Assembly: GCA_001179505.1 (NCBI GenBank)
Contig: CDMY01000226.1
Coordinates: 62,001-126,000 of the forward strand
Reading direction: 5' to 3'
Origin: Vitrella brassicaformis CCMP3155
Lineage: Eukaryota > Protista > Chromerida
Length of the DNA stretch: 64,000 bases
Position 1 is the stretch's first letter. Each line of letters opens with the position of its first letter. This document shows positions 53,396-64,000 of this stretch, in pieces. The translations under genes were made by a program, and so were the position numbers. The notes beneath the pieces were generated by a model. The model was not told where the DNA came from. It ran no database searches and saw only the letters and a list, made by a program, of their open reading frames with translations.

Positions 53396-56089
53396 TTATA
53401 CATCTGTCTGTTCCCTGATATGAATCAATCGTTTGTCACGTGCGGTGGTCGGCAGCCACCAAGACAGCCCGCCCCTCTTCTTGAGCTCTATCTTCACACC
53501 CATCCCGCCGCACACACCACCAGCACGCCCACCCTCTCTCCCCGGCACTGCGCCCCTGTCATCGCCATCGTCATCGCCAGTCTGTGTCCCGTCATGTCTC
53601 GTCGGCTCTCTCCTGGCCTTCATGTACGCGTCCGCCTCAGCCTCAAATCTCGCCATGGATGTGTTGATGTCTCTGAGTTCCTTCCAGAGGGCCGCGTGGA
53701 GCCCGGGGGTCATCTGCTGCGGTGCCTGTGGATGTGGGTGCGGCTGTGTCTGGACGGCAGAGTCGGCCTGTGGTGGTGGCGGGGCTGGGCCTGTGTCTCT
53801 TCTGTAGACATGGACAGGCTGATGTGTTTGTGGAGGTATGTCGCTGGGGTGGGGGTTTGTGTCGCGGAGGATGGCCTGGGGGGACTGTTGCTGCTCGTAC
53901 CACACGCTGACAAATCAGCATATGGATGGACAGATTATAAGGAGCACCAGCTGGAGGTTTCTGTCTTTTTCCATGTGTCTCTCACCTTTGCGGCACCTCA
54001 GCAGCAGCAGCGGCTTGGTCAATGGTCTCGGTCTCTGCCGTGGACTGCTCCCGCCCATCCAGCAGCTGCACCCTTGTTCCGCCACGTCTCACTATCTCGC
54101 CAACCTGCACAAGTAACCAACCATACATCCCGGAGATAGCAATCAAGGATGAGGTTTGGTTTCTCACCTTCTGCGCCCTTGCCCGGCCCCTCCCTCCCTG
54201 CACGTTCTTGATGCTGGGTGCGGGGCTCCTGGTGCGGACCGATCCAGAGACAGAAGTGACGGGGGACGTGGGGCGACTGCGATTCATGTACAGCTGCTGC
54301 TGCCGCTCCCTCCTCGCCGCCTCACACGCATCCTTATGAACCTGACACACACGTCAACACAGACACACACAGACACACACACACACGGGCAGGCAGCAGG
54401 TAAGCACACACACATCCAGGCATGTCGAGACCCTTAGTCATCCCCGGACGGACCGACCTGCATACGGTAGAAGTTATCGATGTCCCGCTCGATGGATGCC
54501 CGTGAGACAGGCCGATATGCGACAGAGGGCGAGATAGAGACAGACCGGCAGGAAGGGGTGGAAGGGCGGCTGTTGCTGCTGGTGTGGGGAGGAGTGGGAT
54601 TCCGTTTGGTGTCCAGCCGAGTGTACACAAAGGGAGGCCGGGGGGGTGCCGGCTCCCCGACCTGCTGGTGCTTGACACGAGCCTTACGAGCTGGCACACT
54701 CCCCTGCTGCCTCTGGTCCGCGCCTTTCTCCCTCCTCGGGGGCGGCCTGATATCCCGCATAGACGAGAATGGCGTCAGGTTGTATCTTGGAGGCGGGAGA
54801 GGGGAACCAGCACCAAGACTTGAGTCCCTCTCCCCCTCCCGCTCCCTCTGGTGTGTCCATGAGTCGCAGGACCAGTCGGCTTCCCAGGGCGAGAGAGGCT
54901 CATCGGCAGCTGACTCATGACGAGACGCATCCCTGCACCAGTCTCGCAGGCGGCTCTCCGGCGGGGCGAACACACGTGGCTTGGACTCTGCTATCTGCTC
55001 CATGTGGCTGATGTTGTCAGCCCGTGGGAAGGCCACTTGAGGAGCCGATGCAGCGATAGGGTAGAACAGACGCCGGCCTTGCGCCGCTGAGGAGACACCG
55101 AACCATACTTGCCAGTCACTGTTGCTTCCCATGCCTTTCTTTCTAGTACCTGGCTCAACGGGGGCTTGTGAGGCCGCCGGGCCCTCTCTATTCCCTCCAT
55201 ACCACAGATGCCGTCTCCAGGGCACCCGAACCTCCATCTCGTCATCTCCCGTCTCCTCTGCCTCGATGCTCTCACTGACACTGCGCCTCTCTCCCTTGCA
55301 CCCAATCGGAGACCCACGGACGAGCACGCCCCCGTCAAAGAAGCGAGTCGGTGTGCTGCTGCGGGAGGGTCGCGGCGGCAGGCTGGTGGGCACCGGGACA
55401 CAATTGTCCGTGTCCTCTTCATCAGCCTCGATGGAGTGCACCCGAACCAGCCTTCCTCCTCTGCCTTTGTGGGTGGCCTTGACGGTGCGATTATTATCAT
55501 ATGGGGCGTGGGGCAGGGGAGGCGTGCGGCTGTGCACACGATAGAGGCGGTTCTCCACCTTCTGAATGTACGGCTGCCTCACTCTCCGCCCAACCGGCCC
55601 CACTTCAACCGCAGCTCGGCGGCCATTGCTGCCTTGCGGACCGGGTGCCGGCGGATGGTGCTGTCTGGCAATGGGGGGCCTGACAAAAACACCCTGAGGT
55701 GCCGCTGAGCCCTGCAGAGTAATTGTTCCACAGGGGAGCGGGTGGCGGGACAGCACCGGCGGCGGCGTGAGGCATCTCAGTGAAGCCGACGCGTTGAGAG
55801 AAGAAGGAGGCTGATGATGGGGATCCCATTTCCACAGCACTGTTGAAGTGGCAGGCGGACCAGCCACAGTGACAGTGCACCGCTCTCTGGGACAAGCCGC
55901 CTGCTGATTCTGAGTTCCGCTCATGTCACTGACGGAGCTGACACCGATTGTGTGCAGAGGTGGAGGGGGCCCACGCCATTGTGTGAGTGCTGGGTGATGA
56001 GGTGGAGGCGTAACCGCCCGAGGAGCTCCGTGGGGCAACATTGTCCAAGACGGAGACTGAGACTGGGGGCCTCCATGCAGGGATCCCAT
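53396..56089 (-). CDS. Hypothetical Pro/Ser/Arg-rich disordered protein
   Basis: 551-aa ORF 54434-56089 plus in-phase exons at about 54340-54168, 54112-53985 and 53905-53480 (short helical stretch LHAALWKELRDINTSMARFEAEADAY). The 3' end is unresolved. Confidence 0.6.
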
Positions 56090-56099
56090 GGGGGTCGGT

Positions 56100-59000
56100 C
56101 GCCTTTAAGTTGGGTTTGGACATGATATATCGTGTGTGTAGTGCATGATTGGTATCAACACCCCCTTGTGTCCCCTTTCACGCGTCTTCCTTGACGCCAT
56201 CCATCCTAATCCATCCAGACCACATGCGTGAGCAGTCGAAGTGTGTGCTTGAGTGTGTGTTGCCCCCCGCCAAGGCGGGGGTGAGCAAGAGGCGAGTGGT
56301 CCACGTGTTGTCATCACGTAGACCGCTTCTTGCACCACGACCGACATGGCAAGGCGCACACACCTTCTCGATGGCCATGATCTCTCTTCTCGATGTCCGT
56401 GTCCCCTCCCTCTATCTTCGAATCCTCTCTTTCAGTGGGCCCAGCTGCAAAACCCAACTTGAACGCAGACACCCAGCCAATGAACCAAACCGAACAATGC
56501 GCACCCACCAGACCACACCACACCACACCACACCGCAACCCTTCGATGGCTGGCTCACTTTGGGCTCTGTGACCCGTCCGTCCCTCCCTCCGTCCCCCTG
56601 TGCGTGTCCCCTCTCCGTTTGTCTCCCTATCTCGCGCAAATGATTTTCCGTGACTCCCTCCCTCTCTTCGCGCCTCTCTCGTCGGTGACAGCCATGGATG
56701 GATCGATCTTGCGGATGAATGCGCTCTCTGTGTCTCGCTCTCTCCCTCCCTCCCTCCCTCTGCTCACACGGACACGCACACGTACACACACACGTGAATC
56801 GCTGCAGCCAGCATGCAATGCACCAGGGAGTGTGCAAGCATGTACCAACCTACATGGACCTGCATGACATGGATGACATTGCACCTACATCCACACATGG
56901 CATGCAGCACGCATCGGTCGGCAGCCGGACTTCGGTCCCTTGGCTCGCGCCCTTGGCCCGCGGCGGCCGGCCGCTTTCTTGCTCATTCATCCATCCATCC
57001 ATCCATTCATCGGTCAGTCAGGCATACAAGAACAGAGAGAGAGACAGAGAGAGAGAGAGAGATGAGGGGGAGGAAAGATTCCACCTGAGTCAAAGAACCA
57101 ACACACTAGCGGGCAGGCGCGCACACACAACCAACCAACCACTCACTCACTCACAAACGAATCGACCTGGTTTACATAGACATGTACCACATGTACCACG
57201 GCATGCAGACACACACATGGACGGCATGGCACACCTGCGGGGACAGGGCACGCATGCACGAAAAAAGCACGAAGAGACAGAGACAGGCTGGAAGGGAGGG
57301 AGGGAAGGGTGGGAGGGAGGGAGGGATTCAGGGGGGCATGGGGGCTAGGCACACCTGGTGTGTGCGCTCGCCATGTGTGTGTGAAGGTCGGGAGGGGAGA
57401 GGAGAGGGGTGTTCGATAAGCGATACCTGACAAATCCTGCCTGTCCGTGTCGGCCTTTCTGCTTGCGGGGATCAATCAATCGAGAGAGAATGATGCCAAA
57501 AGGGGCACCGCAGGAATGACACGAAAGGACACAGACAGACAGACAGACAGACAGGTGGAACAAAGAGGCGATCACTTACACACACGTACAGAGAGGCAGG
57601 AGGGCGGGCAGGTAGGTAAAGAGTGGGCAAAGGGGGGNNNNNNNNNNNNNNNNNNNNNNNNNNNNNNNNNNNNNNNNNNNNNNNNNNNNNNNNNNNNNNN
57701 NNNNNNNNNNNNNNNNNNNNNNNNNNNNNNNNNNNNNNNNNNNNNNNNNNNNNNNNNNNNNNNNNNNNNNNNNNNNNNNNNNNNNNNNNNNNNNNNNNNN
57801 NNNNNNNNNNNNNNNNNNNNNNNNNNNNNNNNNNNNNNNNNNNNNNNNNNNNNNNNNNNNNNNNNNNNNNNNNNNNNNNNNNNNNNNNNNNNNNNNNNNN
57901 NNNNNNNNNNNNNNNNNNNNNNNNNNNNNNNNNNNNNGGGGGGTGGACACATACTTATATAGGTATGTATGTTGATCCTTCCAGCCTTTCTTTATTCATT
58001 CAACGCATCGGCAGGCAGGCAGGGAGGCTGCTTATCCACACCACACGTACACATACACGAAGACATTATATATATAGAGAACCTGACGAACGGCCTGCCT
58101 GTCTGTCTGTCTCGTGAAGGGCATTGAATACACTTTTACACTTTCTTGTCTCCTGCCTGCCTTTCCTTTGTCGGTTGCCCAGTCAGCTGAGCAGCTGTGT
58201 GGGGGGATGGGGCACGCACACGCACACCAACATGCAGCACACGAACCCGTTTGTACGCATCGCATCTCTCATGGGCCATCCTCTCCACGCCTCCGTGTGT
58301 ATGTATGTATGTGTGTGCACAAATAGGTAATTAACCAGCCGTGGATGGGATGGGATGGATGATAGCTCCCCTCCCGGGAGGGCAGCGCAGCATGCCATGC
58401 AGTCAGTATACAATCTCGTCCCGCAATCAATCATCGGCCGGCCGGAGAGGGAGAGGGAGAGGGGAAGTCAGTCAGAGGGCCGGCCACGAGTGAATCATCC
58501 AGCGATCAATCAATCAAATGGGCAGGCAGGCACAAGAAGGCACACACACGGACGGACGGACGAGTGGAGACGCAAGATGCCAGGTAGCGTAGCCCGTCCA
58601 GCCCAACCCCGCCCAGCCCCTCCCCCCAGCACTCATGCGACTGACTAATTGGCGGGCTCTCTCCTCCGCCTGAGCACCGGAGAGGCACCGCGGACAGGCA
58701 GGCAGGCAGGCAGGCAGACAGGTGGGAAGGAAAAGATGGACGACAGACGAGTAGACTAGACAAGAGCACAGACAAGACCATAGCCACAGAGGGGGTACGT
58801 GTGCAGACAGCCGCCGCCCTCGGTCCCCTCCCCTAATTGAGCTCCCCCCGCCCCCACAAGCGCCCACTTCGCCGGCAACTAAGCAAGCAAGCAACGAGAT
58901 GATGATTAGAGTCGGCCACAGTCAGTCAGTCCATCCATCCATCCGGGTATATAGTTGAATGGGCTGTGTTGGTTGGCGGGCCCTTGCCTCTATGTCGCGT

Positions 59001-61350
59001 CGTTCGTCAGTATGCCGATCGCCCGATCGCCTCTCTCACTGACTCACTCAGGCAATGCAATGACATGGTATGTACGTACGAAGGAAAGCATCCATGCATC
59101 CATCCATCCATCCATCGTGCCGCCGACTACTAGTGGGGCGGGCCATGGTCGGTCGATCGACTGGCGGATGCTAGCCTAGCTACAGTACGCTTGTTTACTT
59201 ACTTAGTCAGTTACACAAACCTTCCTTGGTCAGTACCTACGCCAAGACGCCAAAACGAGACGAGACGAGACAAGAGAGAAGACACACACGCAATACACCA
59301 GCCATCCCTGCAACCATCCATCCACGTAGCAAGGAACAACATCACGTCACATATCACCTCTCCCTCACTCACTCACTCCCGACCAGACAGACAGACAGAC
59401 AGACAGGCAGACACGCTGCTGCTCTCACCGATTCCCCTCACCACCACCACCCCCACACACACACACACCCCAGCAGCAGCAGGAGCAGGAGCAGGAGCAG
59501 CAGCAAGACCGGCATAAGCAGGCAGCGAAGGGACAGAGGCAGTATAGTAGGCGCGCGTGTGAGGCGACAGACAGACAAACAGACGGAAAGATGACAGCAC
59601 ACCTTCACTAGCGGGCAAGGCTGTGGCAGGAACGACACTCAGACAGACAGACAGACAGACGGCCACTAGGTAGTGAGTGAGATGATCAGTCGGACCAACC
59701 AACCAGGTGGACAGACAGACAAACAGACAGACAGGCGACAAAGAGACTGACAAGTGGCGTGATCGCTAAAAATGTTCCATGTGTTGTTCTTTCCAGTGTG
59801 GGACCCCTCAGCCACCAAGTACGTCCTAGAAAGAGGTAGGCCGACCCACCAACCATCCATCCAACGAGTGAATTCCCCCAAGGCACCCCACTCAGACAGA
59901 CCCTCAAACCTCCAGGCAGCACACAGGCAGACAAGACATACACACACACAGACGGGACAGACAAGGGTAGGGAGATAGCGAAATGGGAGGGTAGAGTCGG
60001 TGTAATCACTCCCTCATCCATCCATCCATCCATGAATCCGTTGGTAAGGTTTATAAAAGGAGGAGAAGTCCGGCCGCGCAGCGAGCTGCCTGCAAACAAT
60101 CGAGCAATCCATCACATCACATCACATCACATCACACACACACGCCCACGCCCACGCACATGCGGCCAACTTACATTACAAATGGGTAGCAAGAAATGAA
60201 ATGGTGGATGAGGAAGGCAAGGCAGACATGAGCGATATTAAAAGCCCGAGAACCCGCCCACACACCCCACCCATCAGCAGCATACGGCAGCCTCACGGAC
60301 AGACACACACAGAGACAGACAGACAGACAGACAGAGGGAGGGAGGGAGGGAGGGGTGTGGCTGAGTGTGGGATGTGTTGATGGATGGACAGTAAATGGCG
60401 GCAGCTGAGCAAGCTGGCGGGCCTTGCTGCATGGAAAAAGGGAGGGGCGGGGTTGGGACGTATGTGTGTGTGTGAGCGGAGGGGTGTGCAAAGCACTTAG
60501 TCAGTCAATCAGTTAGTCAGGTAGTCAGTCAGTGAGTGACCTAACACCAGTAGGACGGTTTGGAAGAAACCTTAGCTGAGAGCTGAAAAACATCACTGGA
60601 ACCAACCCAACCCAGACAGAGGCACACAACATGACTGACACGGAGGAGCGTACGTGACATCCGCTTACTTACTCAGGAGGGTATCTGTGTGCGTGTAGGT
60701 GGGGTTATCCAGCTGTCTGTCAGTAGGTAGTGTGTAGGGTAGTACGCAAATCGCTAGCTAGTGTATGGGATGGGATGCATGGCATGGATCTCTCTCACCT
60801 CACCTCACCCCACCCTCAGCCAGCCATCTCTACTCTACCTCTCTGTCTCTTCCTTCCCCTTTCTCTGCCTGCTACGTCTCGCGGGGATCTCTCTGATCTT
60901 TCCATCTACCTACCTCATGGATCGATCGGTCCTTACGCATCGGTCGGTCGGTCAGCTAGCTACTGCCTACCTGTGCAGACAGACAGACCACTGAAGTCAG
61001 CAGCATGGGAGCCTTTAGCTGCACCTACTTCCATCCATCGCATCCATCCATCCATCCATCGCATTCATCACATGCAGGCACTTGTACGCTATTCACATGA
61101 CATGGCATCACGCACACACGGCCACGGCCACGGTCACAACACACACGCACACAAGCTATACGAACCAATCAATCATCCTTCCTTCAGTCAGTCAGTCAGC
61201 CACCTTGACCGATCGATCTGCCTACACGTCACACGCACACACATCACTCACGAGATGAGACACGCATCGCATCCTCACACCAAAACGGACCCAACCAACC
61301 CCCGCCCCGCCCTCCCATCCGACGCACCCCCATCCATCCATCATATCCAT
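56100..61350. repeat. About 5 kb microsatellite-rich, apparently gene-free interval
   Basis: (CAGA)n, (CCAT)n, (GA)n, (CA)n and (CATCA)n tracts; the ORFs here translate to repeat-derived peptides. Confidence 0.7.
57638..57937. other. Assembly gap (300 N)
   Basis: Run of N flanked by G runs. Confidence 0.99.
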
Positions 61351-61358
61351 TTATTCCT

Positions 61359-63793
61359 TCAAGCATTCCTCCCGCCCTCCCTCTCCCTCTCCCTGTCGTC
61401 CTCCTTGACGGGCGGCGGGGGGATGACGCCCGCAGACGAGGAGCGTCCGAGCGTGGCGGCCATCCCTCCGACAGGCGTGTCCCTGCCGCCTCCTGCCGAC
61501 GACCAGGTGGACCCCAGCTGTGTGGAGGTAAGGGTGGAGGAGAGTGAGGGCCGCAGCGGCAGGAGGGGGCCGTGGCCGTGGCCGCCCGTTGAGTGTGCGG
61601 GGGTGCTGGTGTTGTTGGTGTGTGAGGAGGGGGGCGGGCCGCGCTCCTTGATGATCTTGAAGTACACGTGCAGGGCGTACTCGCGCACTATCATGTCGCC
61701 CTCCTCGCTGCGCACCTCGTTGCTGACACACACCACACCAACGACCACATAGACAGTGGATGGGGTGTGGTGCGTTGTGTTGTTTGTCTGGTGAAGGTCG
61801 CTCCCTGCCTCGCTCGCTCACTCACTCACCACTTGTTGCATTTGAATCGTCTGGGGTAGTTGATGTTGGCGCACTTGCCGCACTCCCAGTTGCCGTTCTC
61901 GCGCTTGACCAACACGGGACGCTCGCGACCCCTCGACGGCAGGGCCTGGGCAGCCAAAGGGTCGCCGTAGATCTTGAGGAACGAACTGTCCGTCGACACA
62001 CACACACACACACACACACAGGCATACATCCAGACAGACACCTGTGGCCGGTGGGTGGGTGGGATGGACAGCGAATGGTGGTGTGTGTCGCAAAGACCCA
62101 CCTGGCGTTTTTAAACTCGTCTGGGTGTGCGATGATGTATGGGTGAGGCATCACGGGCGGAATCGTGCCGTCACCCACACGTGGAACTGACACAACACAA
62201 CACAACACAACACAACACCCTGCAGAGTGCCAATCTCTGTTGTCTCTTCGTTCCTCCCTTACGGCCAAATAAGTCGCAGCACAGCGCCCGGATCTCCCCG
62301 ACGAGCGGGTCGTCCACACTCCCCTGGATGCTGCTGCCCATGTGGTCCCGCAGCCACTCCAACACATCAAACACCTGACGCCGGCCGCCCTCCTCCTCAC
62401 GCACCACAGACACTCCCGCACCAGCCATACCAGCCGACATGCTGGCGGCAGTCGCCAGCGCCGCAGCAGTGGCGGCAGCCACGTGCTGATGGGCGAGGGG
62501 GTGTGCGTAGGGCATCGTGTGCGTGTGTGGGTGGCTGTGGGTGTGGGTGTGGCTGTGGGCGTGTGCGTGTCCGGGGTGGGTGTAGAAGGGCATGTTGTAG
62601 GGGCTGATGGGGAATGGTGGCGGTGTGATGCTGGTGCTGGCGTGGACCGATGGGGACGGCGCTGGGGGCGGGGGCGGCGACGTGCGGCAGGGGGGAGGCA
62701 GTGGGGGGTAGGGCGGCGGCGAATAGATCGCAGCTGAAGCCAACCACACCACACCAGACCAGACCAGACAGAAGGAAGGACAGATGCAGATTAGATTGCA
62801 TGTCGGGTCGGTGGATGGGATGGATGGATGGATGGATGGAGGGTACGGTACCTACCACTGTTCATGTGTGGGGTGGGTGCCGGTCCAGCGGTTGAGGGCG
62901 ACAGCCTCGGCAAATCTCCATCACCTAATTCGATTCGCATCACACAACACATGGACAGACAGACAGACAGACAGACATGCTACCAAGGTCAGTCAAGAGC
63001 ATTCTGCACGTCTCGTGTTGTGTTGTGTGGACGGACCTTTTCGCGTCGGGCTGAGCTCCTGTGGCGACGAGTATGGGCCCGTGGGTCCGGCGCTGAGGGC
63101 CCCCATCGCTATCGTCGAGGGGTAGTGGTGCGCAGCATAATACTGCGACAGACGCCTACAGACACAGACAGACACCCGAGCCCACCCACCCATGCCACAG
63201 ATGGGATGGATGTGCGGACGGGAGGTCCGTGTGTGCGTGTGCGTACGTCGAGAACTCCTGTAGGTACTGCGGGTGGAAGTATCCGTAAGTCTGGGGCGAG
63301 GTGAAGGGGTTGTGGCTGTCCTGACCACCTGCCGCTGTTGCTGGGGCCTCGGACGTCGCGCCAACCTGGTAGCCTGGCAAGGGGAGCGACGAACCTACCA
63401 GACCATGACCAGGATACGTGGAATGCCCTGACACACACACACACACAGAGGGAATCAGCCACACACGATCTATCGTCCTCCTGCCACCGCACAGTGCCAC
63501 GCACCGCAAGCGACCTGTAGCGTAAGTGGGGTAGTAGCCGACGGTGGGATGGCCACCCGAGCGGCCAGCAGTCACAGTCAGAGGCAGTGGGGTGGCCGAG
63601 GGCGGCGGTGGTGGCGGAGGCGACCGACACAGAGGAACAGCTGACACACACAAGCAACACACACAAGCAGACAGAGAGACGGGAGACAGACAACGCGACA
63701 GTCACACACAAACAAGGTGGTGTACAATGCAAGGTGGCCCGTGTGTGTGATCTTTTGCCTACACGGCGCACTCTTGCTCGACGAAGGGTCCAT
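61359..63793 (-). CDS. Pro/His-rich protein with one RanBP2-type zinc finger
   Basis: ATG 63793 (MDPSSSK), about 9 exons. The finger NGNWECGKCANINYPRRFKCNK|CNEVR is split by an intron (W-x-C-x2-C-x3-N-x5-C-x2-C). Ends EREREGGRNA* at 61359. Confidence 0.82.
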
Positions 63794-64000
63794 CGCTGCA
63801 AGGCAGCTGGCGAAGCAGCGGGAACACGCGGTCTTGTCTCGCCCAGTAGAAGCAAGCAGCGCCAGTCAGGGAAAGCGCTCAAAGAGCTCGGCGCGCTGCC
63901 GTTGATGCCTTTCAAAGGGGTTTCTTGGCCGTCAGTCACGTCAGAAGCCAGGCAAGTGAAGTGAAGCAGACAGGAAGATCAGTCAAGCAAAGCGACGCAA

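Overview
Eukaryotic, GC-rich, intron-dense genomic DNA with microsatellite-filled introns and four 300-N scaffold gaps. Gene content and intron style fit an alveolate; I infer the chromerid Vitrella brassicaformis but cannot verify this. Hand-splicing supports about 19-20 genes. Recognisable ones are ORC3 and ORC2 modules, two UBC4-type E2 paralogues, TFB5 (TFIIH p8), an ankyrin-repeat ACBP, a plant UBA2-like two-RRM protein, a J-domain protein, a two-half PFK, a signal-peptide small HSP, a Tra2/SR45a-like RRM protein, a YbhB/YbcL-type PEBP and a RanBP2-zinc-finger protein. There is also a large protein with repeated AP2-like units, a coiled-coil protein and several hypotheticals. No rRNA, tRNA, CRISPR array or recognisable transposon was seen. 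Main observations: (1) ORC3 and ORC2 appear joined in frame across one GT-AG intron; (2) the TFB5 stop lies 7 nt before the ATG of the AP2-like gene, a bicistronic candidate; (3) many introns have reverse-complementary microsatellite arms; (4) the UBC4 paralogues show a gene-conversion mosaic. All gene models are manual and have no transcript support.
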